Shown: positions 11,801 through 21,610 of the stretch, in pieces
Position numbering within the stretch: position 1 is the first letter of the stretch
Layout of the letters: each line of letters begins with the position of its first letter
NCBI GenBank assembly: GCA_964036045.1
Contig: OZ038378.1
Span: 189,100,001-189,164,000, forward strand
Origin: Eutreptiella sp. 'Long Island Sound 2002'
Lineage: Eukaryota; Protista; Euglenida
Reading direction: 5' to 3'
Length of the DNA: 64,000 nt
Program-made: the position numbers and the translations under genes
The notes under the pieces: generated by a model
What the model saw: only the letters and a program-made list of their open reading frames with translations
The model's database searches: none
Told to the model about the DNA's origin: nothing

Positions 11801-13003
11801 AGAGCGGGGGGCAAATTCAGAAGTGGCCCACAAGTGGGCAAAGTGGCTACCTCACCCCTGCCGTATCGGGGAGCCTCACCGCTGCAGAGCGGGGGGCAAA
11901 ATCAGAAGTGGCCCACAAGTGGGCGAAGTGGCTACCTCACCCCTGCTGCAGCGGTGGGGATCCCCGATACGGCAGGGGTGAGGTAGCCAATTTGCCCACT
12001 TGTGGGCCACTTCTGATTTTGCCCCCCGCTCTGCAGCGGTGGGGCTCCCCGATACGGCAGGGGTGAGGTAGCCACTTTGCCCACTTGTGGGCCACTTCTG
12101 ATTTTGCCCCCCGCTCTGCAGCGGTGGGGCTCCCCGATACGGCAGGGGTGAGGTAGCCACTTTGCCCACTTGTGGGCCACTTCTGATTTTGCCCCCCGCT
12201 CTGCAGCGGTGGGGCTCCCCGATACGGCAGGGGTGAGGTAGCCACTTCGCCCACTTGTGGGCCACTTCTGATTTTGCCCCCCGCTCTGCAGCGGTGGGGC
12301 TCCCCGATACGGCAGGGGTGAGGTAGCCACCTTGCCCACTTGTGGGCCACTTCTGATTTTGCCCCCCGCTCTGCAGCGGTGGGGCTCCCCGATACGGCAG
12401 GGGTGAGGTAGCCACTTCGCCCACTTGTGGGCCACTTCTGATCCTTCCCCCCGCTCTGCAGCGGTGGGGCTCCCCGATACGGCAGGGGTGAGGTAGCCAC
12501 TTTGCCCACTTGTGGGCCACTTCTGATTTTGCCCCCCGCTCTGCAGCGGTCGGGCTCCCCGATACGGCAGGGGTGAGGTAGCCACTTCGCCCACTTGTGG
12601 GCCACTTCTGATTTTGCCCCCCGCTCTGCAGCGGTGGGGCTCCCCGATACGGCAGGGGTGAGGTAGCCACTTTGCCCACTTGTGGGCCACTTCTGATTTT
12701 GCCCCCCGCTCTGCAGCGGTGGGGCTCCCCGATACGGCAGGGGTGAGGTAGCCACTTTGCCCACTTGTGGGCCACTTCTGAATTTGCCCCCCGCTCTGCA
12801 GCGGTGGGGATCCCCGATACGGCAGGGGTGAGGTAGCCACTTTGCCCACTTGTGGGCCACTTCTGATTTTGCCCCCCGCTCTGCAGCGGTGGGGATCCCC
12901 GATACGGCAGGGGTGAGGTAGCCAATTTGCCCACTTGTGGGCCACTTCTGATTTTGCCCCCCGCTCTGCAGCGGTGGGGCTCCCCGATACGGCAGGGGTG
13001 AGG
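8833..13003. repeat. 85-bp tandem satellite, ~49 copies, with an internal inverted block at 11717-11946
   Basis: TGAGGTAGCC recurs at 9001 and 9086 (period 85); the translations repeat every 85 aa. Confidence 0.97.
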
Positions 13004-13020
13004 TTTGTGGACATGACGTC

Positions 13021-14373
13021 TTGGCCGCAGTGTGCCATGCCCTGACTAATGGCCCAGGCGGCCCTACTGCCCAATTGCAGCATGTTGAGTCATTGCTCCA
13101 TGACGAATGGGAACGACCACTTGACGTGATCATTCCAAGTTCTGGGTCTCAACAATATAAGCTAGAGGCACGCCATTTGAGGGATGTTTACTCAGAATCT
13201 TACGTCACAGATACCGCCGAGATCGTTGTGTATTACTGGTGGTCCGCTCGGACAGCTTTGAGTGCGGACTGGGATGTTATGGGTGTGGCGTGGGTTGTGC
13301 GTGACTCATTGTGGAATGTGTCGGCTTTACCGTTGGGTCGTAGGGAGGTGTTGGCTGAGTCATGGGCGCGGCGTACTTTGAACGCGGCGTCCATTGATAT
13401 GATCTATGCGCCCCCCTTGCTCGTGGCGCAGATTTATAATAAGCGCAATGCACATTGGGTGCTGCGCTTGTTGTTGGTTTCCCCAACACGTACTTTCTTG
13501 TGCCTCGTGTTCGATCCGCTGTGTCACAAGCCGTACATAGCGGGTGCAAACACCGAGGAGTTGGCAATAGTGAACCTCATTGCCAAACAAGAAGGCATTA
13601 AGGCAAGGGCGCTGAAGAGGTGGGACAAGTTTTTGGGTGAGTTCGGCAGTGTAGCTTTTGCTATAGCCCCCCTCTACTCCACCTTCCTACATCAGGACGA
13701 CGGTGTGAGCTGCCATCCTGCCTGCCTTATGATGCTACATTGCCTTTTGTCTAGGCGTGTTGTCAACGGTAGCATCCAACTTCCACAAGACAGATTGTGG
13801 TTGTTGCGTGAGATTGCACAGGCAGCTTTGCACTATCGCAGTTCTCCGCCTGCCCCCCCTATTGAGACCACACCCAGTTGGGCCTTGGCACGGATGTATG
13901 CTACGCCCTATTGTTCACCCAGCCGTTCGTCGTGCTTTTTTTGCGACGACACAGCCCACATCACGTGCCCTGAATGTGGAGTTTATCAGTGTGCCCTGCA
14001 TGCTTCCGGTTTCTGTTCCACGGAGATATGTGTGGCATTGCGCAAATGGAATGTGCAATTTACTGCCACACTGGCATGCATTGTGTTGGCATTCGCCTTG
14101 GGTGACCGGGTTGTGGTTGACAAGCCGCCTTCTGTAGATGAGGTCCGTCCAAAGGTGGTGATCCGTGGTGAAGAATTTTTTGTTCCAGAGCATTACCCCA
14201 AAGATGCCTCTGGGAGATTGGAGTATGACAAAAATCTAATCAAAGAGTTGGAAGAAAAGACCACGGGCGTGATTCGCAACATGTGCAAGCACAACCCTCC
14301 CTCTGCACAACCCACCTACAAAGACAAGAAGTCGGACCTCATCTACAAGCGCGTGTTTTGCGACTTCATATAA
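13021..14373 (+). CDS. Ulp1/SENP-like (peptidase C48) cysteine protease with a Cys/His zinc-finger-like segment; 5' end missing or spliced
   Basis: NAHWVL (His, 13453), VFDPL (Asp, 13513), HQDDGVSC (Gln 13693, Cys 13711) in C48 order; CFFCDDTAHITCPECGVYQCALH downstream; 450 uninterrupted codons, no ATG until residue 87. Confidence 0.7.
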   Translation: MAAVCHALTNGPGGPTAQLQHVESLLHDEWERPLDVIIPSSGSQQYKLEARHLRDVYSESYVTDTAEIVVYYWWSARTALSADWDVMGVAWVVRDSLWNVSALPLGRREVLAESWARRTLNAASIDMIYAPPLLVAQIYNKRNAHWVLRLLLVSPTRTFLCLVFDPLCHKPYIAGANTEELAIVNLIAKQEGIKARALKRWDKFLGEFGSVAFAIAPLYSTFLHQDDGVSCHPACLMMLHCLLSRRVVNGSIQLPQDRLWLLREIAQAALHYRSSPPAPPIETTPSWALARMYATPYCSPSRSSCFFCDDTAHITCPECGVYQCALHASGFCSTEICVALRKWNVQFTATLACIVLAFALGDRVVVDKPPSVDEVRPKVVIRGEEFFVPEHYPKDASGRLEYDKNLIKELEEKTTGVIRNMCKHNPPSAQPTYKDKKSDLIYKRVFCDFI

Positions 14374-15819
14374 AGCACGCGTGTGTGCACCTCATATATG
14401 TATATATATATTTATCATATAAAAGCTCCTTCTTTTCTTGAGCCTCATTTTATTTTTGCTGACCTTGCAATACACGGTTTGGCCCGGGTGGGGCGCCACT
14501 TACACAAGTGGCCTGGAATAGACCAGGGGGCACCATGCCCTTAAACATAAATACCACCTACCGTTGACCCCCCCCCCCCCCATAAACTTGGTTTTTTTTG
14601 TTCAAATTCAAGTCCAAATTTGTCACTACCTAGTAACCTAGTAAGGGAAAATTTTTCAAAATTTTTGCTTTTTTTACCTAGTAAAAAATTTTTTTTTAAA
14701 ATTTTTTTTTAAAATTTTTGCTTTTTTTACCTAGTATAAAAATTTTTTTTTTAAAAAAAATTTTTTTTACTAGGTTTTGCTACATTTTACTAGGTTTTGC
14801 TACATTTTACTAGGTTTTGCTACGTGCATACTAGGTTTCACCAAATGCCCCGTAGACACCAGCAAGCACAGCCGCCAGGCGCCACACGGGAACGGCCCCA
14901 CAAGCGAGGGAGGGTGGACACGACCTCCCCCCCCCCCGCCAGGAGGATGCGCATACGGTCGCCGAGCGCCACACGGCATGGGAGAGCAAGGACGGAGGTG
15001 ACATAACCCCCCAACCCCAGAGGTTGTGGCTCAGGCGAGGCCGCCTACCGCGACCCGAGCGGGCACCAAAGGCAGGGACACAGGCCGTCAGGACTGCACC
15101 ACCTGTCTTGTAAGCTGGCGCCTCAGGCAACCGCTGGGGGCCTGGACCCATGCGTGCCTCCCTCTTTCATATTGTTTTTTCTTTCCTAAACCCACTTGTA
15201 CATACACATGTGTCTTGACATCGCACAGTGACCTGAATTGAGTGGAATCGAACACAGGCGACGAAGGTGCACTTATTTGGGTGTGAGGCTGTACTAGAAA
15301 CCCATATGTATGATGCTCTGGGCATCATCGTTGTGAAAACAGAGTAAGCCACGATACCTGAGATAACCCCCCCCTCCCCTGAGCGCACAGGCACAAGTGT
15401 TCACACGGACCGGAGGGGTTGGTAAGATATATGAAGACATCCAGATAAATTAAGATATAATACTCAGATACTTTGTGGGAACACAATAAGCAGCAGGGTA
15501 GGCAGTAGAATAGTCGAGGATACTTGGTCCCATGAGTGGATAATCCCCAGTCTGCGGGCTCATTTCTTAAATCAAGCAATTCCTCTTTCACCCGGGCTGT
15601 AGGCAAGCACCTAGTACTCTAGCTTTGCGTAAATGATCTCAACCACATCAGCCCTACTTATTGGAATCAAGCTGACGGGGGAAACAATGCACATTTCAGG
15701 TGTTCATGTGGGAACCCATGATCGTATGTAGATGGATATTGATCACACGGTCCATATGGTCTGTTACACGTTGGTGGCCTTCGCCATGAATCTAAGCTAA
15801 ACCTCCTGCACCTCAAGGT

Positions 15820-16130
15820 CAGGTTAGGGTTACCCAGCTGGGTCTCTCCCGGTGGAGGTTTTGCAACCCAAATCAAGGTCCAAGCTGAGCAACTTATTTT
15901 AACAGCAAGCAGCAAGCAGGCAACAAGCAGCGAGCAACATCCAACAAGAAGCATGCGCTTCAAAACTATATGTGGGGACACCGTTGTTCCAGGTCAGTAC
16001 TGGAATAGCTCAGGGCAACCGCAGAAAATGCGCATGACCTGAAACAAACTGAGACACATTTTGTGTGATTTCGAGCCGTCCACCTCGTGGACCAGTTGGT
16101 GTCCAAAAATGGCTACTTTCAGCCGGTTTT
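15820..16130 (-). repeat. Diverged remnant of the 18.7-21.6 kb repeat family
   Basis: Shares TTAGGGTT, the (GCAAGCA)-rich tract and CCAAAAATGGCT motifs with that family. Confidence 0.45.
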
Positions 16131-18734
16131 TAGGACGATCGTCCTGAAACTTCAGGATGATCGCCAGTGTGTCAAGCAGGTGGGTTGCTGCGCACCGGCA
16201 CCCGACCGCCAAGACCCACGTGCCTCAGCAGTCAACAGTTGTGTGTCAACGCACCAAAGACAGCGTTGTGACATGGCTTTTTGTCTACAGTACACAGCCT
16301 CGGACATGTGGATCGACGCCCTTTTTGTCTTGCTGTTGTCGGGGACCATCATGTACGCCGCCCATCCGTCTGGCGTGACTTGTCAGGTATGACCTGAGCA
16401 CCTGAGGGCATACAGCGCAGGGCAGCCCCTGGGGGCAGTTGTCCTTGATGATGGAGAGGGGCAGGCAGAGGGTGTCCCAATTACTGTCCCCAGTTCTGAC
16501 TGGAGGTCCAGGACCCGCCGAGCAGGGGCGGTGGGGCCCTCTCTCAGGCTGAATGGGATGGCCACGCTGACAACGTGTGCGGGAGGAGCGGGGACATAAT
16601 AAACGCTGCCCCGAATGTGGGGAAGGGGGGGAGGCACCCGGGCCATGTCTAGAGGATTCCCTCCACAAATATGCGCTGACAACAAAGGGCCTCGGTGTGC
16701 CGCTGCGAGGGCCACCATTCCCTGGGCAGGATGTGCTGCAGCGTCCAGGCCAGGCAGCCACCTCTGCTGCTTTACCGGGCATCATGGGCGGGCAGTACCT
16801 CGGTGAGAGGCGGCGCCACTAGTAGGGCCCCTGCCCCGACCTACACCACTGGCCATGGGGCCGTCGGTGCAGTGGTCATGCCCCGCTTCCTGGCGGGGAC
16901 AGAACAAGCTGCGGGGGCCTTCGCTGCCACCCACCGCTGGGGCTGATGCCAACACTGAGGCTCATCTCAGAGGCCACACTCCCAAAAGGGCCGGGATGGG
17001 GTGGGGGTACAACTCTTTTTCATTGGTCCTAATGAGAGTGTGTCGTCCCGGAGTTTCGAGCAAACATCAGCACCACATCCCGTGTACCGGGCTACTGCAG
17101 GCCTGCGACCCCGGAAATGTGACATTTCTGTATTATATAACACAACTCAATCATTGGATGACCCCAGAAACGACACAACCCGTTCAGACCCACAGAGGGT
17201 CGGGATGTGCAGTGGCGAGAGGCCAATAGGCGCCGCCAAAGGCAAACAAACCAACACCATGGCCTCGTGCCACCCCCCCCTCGCAGATCCTGAGGCCCAC
17301 CTTACGGCCAGTGACGCCTGGGAGCCCCCCCCTTTAAAGGGGCAGGGAGGGACTCACCCCCCTGACCCTCACCCCCCGGACCTTAAATGCAGGTGTGCCT
17401 CCAGGACTGAGGCCCCCCCAACGTCCCTCTGCATCCCACGCCTGAGGCAGCGGCTGAGGGCTGCTGTTGGTCTTGGACTCTCCTCCTTTTCTCTCAGGGG
17501 CTCGTGTGCGCACATGAGACAGACATGGCGACGGATATCTCCAACGCTCACGGGCCGCCTCCTTCCGCCTCGGGTCCCCGGCCGCGCTCGCACGACGGGT
17601 ATTGGGGGTCTCGGACCGGGGGGCCGCCCCTGCCTCCACCGTCCACACCATCGACGCCGCTCACGCCGTCAACACCGTCAATCCCGTCAACGCCTGCGAC
17701 GCCGGCAGGACCTCCAAGGCCCCCGGTTCCCCATCCGCTGCCACGTCCCGACAACGCAGGTCCCCCCCCCCTTTAAAGCAGCCGCCCCCATTGCGGTCAG
17801 ACTATGAACAGGGTCTTCCAAGTCCCCGGACACGACGGGGGGTGTGCGTAGTCAGCGTATCAGGAATGGCATGCCAAACAGCGTGGGGCAGGGCAGGGGC
17901 CGCCGCCGAACGCAGACCAGTGGGCCCCATGCACGCACGAACGAAGTAACACGCACCGGCCCCACGGCCGAGCGGGCGACGACCCCCCGACGCACTCTGC
18001 AAAGGGACGAACGGGCGACTGTCCAGGGCCCCGTGAGGAAACCAACGAAGGACGAAATGTCACACGGGGGCGGGGGGGGGGGGGCACGGCGCGGATGATG
18101 ACGCACGAAGCACGAAATACCCAAAGACACCTCTGAGAAAAGGGTAGTCTGAGGACCTGCGGTGGCTCATTATTGAGGCCATGACTCGCGGTGGAGGTTA
18201 CGGAGTTCGGTGGAGGCTGCACCAGTGGCGTTGCACCAGCTCCAACTCACAATAGCACCGACCCCCAGGCACGACAGCCCGTCGCAGACGTGGTATGTCA
18301 CCGCCCCATGGGGGCCCTACCGTAGCTGGACTTGCTGCCGTTTGTACGTCCCGTTGGTGTGCCGATGGGTTCTCTGCCGCAGGCACTCTCACGTCCTACA
18401 GAGGCTGTTGCCGGTGCTGCGGGGGTCGTCCTCCGCACAAGCCACGGGCTGTGCCCCCGAGGGCCCTGCGGGATCCTGCGCCCCAGGGCCACTGGTGGGG
18501 CCACGCCTCCCTCCAAAGCGCAGGTTGCCCCCCTTCCAAGCCCCAGCTCCTTCTGTTTCGCTGCCGGACTTCGCTGTGATTGAACAGGGGACGTGAACGC
18601 CGAGTGCCGCCGGCGGTGGAGCCCCAGCCCAAGTGAAGTCACGTGCGTAGACCCGGGTATGCCCTCGCTCCTGGCGCTTGCCTCTGGATATTGGCCGTGT
18701 GAATGGCGTGCGACTACCCCTAACCCTAGCCCTA

Positions 18735-19913
18735 ATCAAGACTGAATATTGGGACCGAGCTGGTGGGGGAGGGAACATTAGCTATGACTGGTGAGGGACA
18801 TCAAGAATGATTCACACATTGATGGCTCTTGACAAAGTGAAATCAGCTTGCAAGTGAACCCCATGACCACGAGGCCCACTTTCAAGGCTTTTTGGACTTC
18901 TGAGGGGCCAAAATGCCCCAAAATGGGCTCAAAATGGGCTCATTTCACCTGTTGGTGCACCCCAAATGGTCTAGGATGAAGCTTGGAAAAACGCGTTTTT
19001 GACCCATTTTTGACCCATTTTTGGTCCCAAAACAGCCCATTTTCAAGGCATTTTGGGATTTTCGGAGGACCAAAATGGGCCACCACAAGCTCAAGACGGT
19101 CCAAAAACACTTGTATTAGCGTCGCACATGGTCTAGGATCATTTTTCAGAAAAGTCATCTTTTTGCCCCTACTGGACCCTGTTGACCCATTTGGGCACCC
19201 ACCTGTTTGGGCTTGAGCTTGCAGCTTGCCGCAGCCTAGTGGGCCTAGGTATTGGGGTCTAGGCGTCCGTTTGGGCAATTCTGAGGGGTGGAAACCACAA
19301 AAAGTGGGGGGTTGCGGGTGGAGTAGGTGCCCTCGGAATCGCATTTTGAGCCATGTAGCCAAAGATATGGCCTATTCTTGGTTTGTGGCTATCGGCATGT
19401 GGAGCTTCTGGGGCCCTTTTTGGGCCGTTTCCGGGACATATCTCGTTGACACGGGGAAGTCAAGCCGCACGTGAGTGTACCCAACGTTTCCCTTCGTTTG
19501 GTTGTTTTGAATGTGTTCTAGGGCTTTTTTGGCCCAAAAATGGCTGTTTTTGCCCTAAACTGCAGTTTTTGAAACTGAGGTCCGCCACTTGCGAATCCCG
19601 TTCCCGGCCGCCACTGTTGAGTTTCTCGCTCAAACTTTGTGTGATTGTACTTCACACCCATAGGTATCATCCACCAAAATTTCACCCAAATCCAAAGCAC
19701 CACGACGGAGTTCTAATTTTTGCCCATTTCGCGCGTGCTGCTTGCTTGCTGCTTGCTGCTTGCTTGCTTGCTGCTGCTAAACCTGGTAGGTCCACCCTAG
19801 ACACTAAAAAGGGTTATAAAACCAAGACTGGTTCCACCAGCTCGGTGACCCTAGCCCTAACCCTAGCCCTAACCCTACCCCTAGCCCTACCCCTAGCCCT
19901 AGCCAGAGCCCTA
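18735..19913 (+). repeat. ~1.18-kb repeat unit, copy 1, ending in telomere-like CCCTAA/CCCTAG repeats
   Basis: Starts ATCAAGACTGAATATT; near-identical to the reverse complement of 20445-21610. Confidence 0.9.
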
Positions 19914-20206
19914 ATCAAGACTGAATATTGGTACCGAGCTGGTGGGGGAGGGAACATCAGCTATGAATGGTGAGGGACACCAATGAGTCACACATTGAAG
20001 GCCGTTGATAGAGTGGAATCAGCTTGCAAGTGATCCCCTTCACCACAAGGCCCACTTTCAAGGCTTTTTTGGACTTGTGAGGGTCCGTCGAGTTTCCTGC
20101 TCAAACTTTGTGTGATTGTACTTCACACCCATAGGTATCATCCACCAAAATTTCACTCGAATCCAAAGCACCACGACGGAGTTCTGATTTTGGCCCATTT
20201 CGCGCG

Positions 20207-20253
<47 letters not shown>

Positions 20254-20345
20254 GCTAAACCTGGTAGGTCCACCCTAGACACTAAAAAGGGTTATAAAAC
20301 CAAGACTGGTTCCACCAGCTCGGTGACCCGAGGCCTAGCCCCAAC
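19914..20345 (+). repeat. Internally deleted copy 2 of the same unit (head joined to tail near 20085)
   Basis: Restarts ATCAAGACTGAATATT at 19914, then jumps to CTCAAACTTTGTGTGATTG of the unit tail. Confidence 0.85.
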
Positions 20346-20444
20346 CCTAGGCTAGGGTCAGAGTTAGTTTTGGGGTCCAAAATGGAGATCAATGATGTGG
20401 CAAAAAACAGGCATGATCTTGTTCAGCCTAATCTACATGCAAAG

Positions 20445-21610
20445 GTTAGGCTTAGGTTTAGGGTGATAGTCACCGAGCTGGTGGAACCAGTCTTGGTTTT
20501 ATAACCCTTTTTAGTGTCTAGGGTGGACCTACCAGGTTTAGCACCAGCAGCAGCTGCAGCAAACAGCAGCAAGCAAGCAGCACGCGCGAAATGGGTAAAA
20601 ATCAGAACTCCGTCGTGGTGCTTCGGATTCAGGTGAAATTTTGGTGGATGATACCTATGGGTGTGAAGTACAATCACACAAAGTTTGAGCAAGATACTCA
20701 ACGGTGGCGGCCGGGAACGGGATTCGCAAGTGGCGGACCTCAGTTTCAAAAACCGTAGCTTAGGGCCAAAAACAGCCATTTTTGGGCCAAAAAAGCCCTG
20801 GAACACATTCAAAACGACCAAACGAAGGGAAACGTTGGGTACACTCACGTGCGGCTTGACTTCCCCGTGTCAACGAGCTCTTTGCGGCCCTCTAACTCCA
20901 TGATATGTCCCGGAAACGGCCCAAAAAGGGCCCCAGAAGCTCCACATGCCGATAGCCACAAACCAAGAATAGGCCATATCTTTGGCTACATGGCTCAAAA
21001 TGCGATTCCGAGGGCACCTACTCCACCCGCAACCCCCCACTTTTTGTGATTTCCACCCCTCAGAATTGCCCAAACGGACGCCTAGACCCCAATACCTAGG
21101 CCCACTAGGCTGCGGCAAGCTGCAAGCTCAAGCCCAAACAGGTGGGTGCCCAAATGGGTCAACAGGGTCCAGTAGGGGCAAAAAGATGACTTTTCGCAAA
21201 AATGATCCTAGACCATGTGCGGCGCTAAAACAAGTGTTTTTGGACCGTTTTGAGCTTGTGGTGGCCCATTTTGGTCCTCCGAAAATCCCAAAATGCCCTG
21301 AAAATGGGCTGTTTTGGGACCAAAAATGGGTCAAAAATGGGTCAAAAACGCGTTTTTCCAAGCTTCATCCTAGACCATTTGGGGTGCACCAACAGGTGAA
21401 ATGAGCCCATTTTGAGCCCATTTTGGGGCATTTTGGACTCTCACAAGTCCAAAAAAGCCTTGAAAGTGGGCCTCGTGGTCATGGGGTTCACTTGCAAGCT
21501 GATTTCACTTTGTCAAGAGCCATCAATGTGTGAATCATTCTTGATGTCCCTCACCAGTCATAGCCGATGTTCCCTCCCCCACCAGCTCGGTCCTAATATT
21601 CAGTCTTGAT
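20445..21610 (-). repeat. ~1.17-kb repeat unit, copy 3, inverted
   Basis: The ORF track gives the same 140-aa and 77-aa translations on opposite strands (18940..19362 versus 20982..21404). Confidence 0.9.

Larger units (their letters stand above)
8477..14850. mobile_element. Non-autonomous Mutator-like (MULE) element, 6374 bp
   Basis: Exact 9-bp direct repeat CGTAGACAC at 8468-8476 and 14851-14859; termini GGGTCTGTAGTGAAACCTAGTA versus reverse complement GGGCATTTGGTGAAACCTAGTA (18/22); subterminal arrays of ACCTAGTA(A)n..(T)nACTAGGT at 8486-8790 and ~14627-14841. Confidence 0.8.

Noticed and set aside
8833-13003. CRISPR array
   Set aside because: Whole units repeat in tandem; there are no unique spacers and no cas genes
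8813-13133. Giant minus-strand ORFs (972, 943, 701 aa etc.) as protein-coding genes
   Set aside because: They are frame-cycled translations of an 85-bp satellite, open in all three frames, and their starts come from the inverted block
16150-17000. Further LINE or RNase H remnants (also 21.6-24.4 kb and 31.5-31.8 kb)
   Set aside because: They look like decayed element DNA, but I could not read a convincing catalytic motif
18940-21404. Paired 140-aa and 77-aa ORFs as real genes
   Set aside because: Overlapping frames inside a non-coding-looking repeat; conserved only because the DNA copies are near-identical
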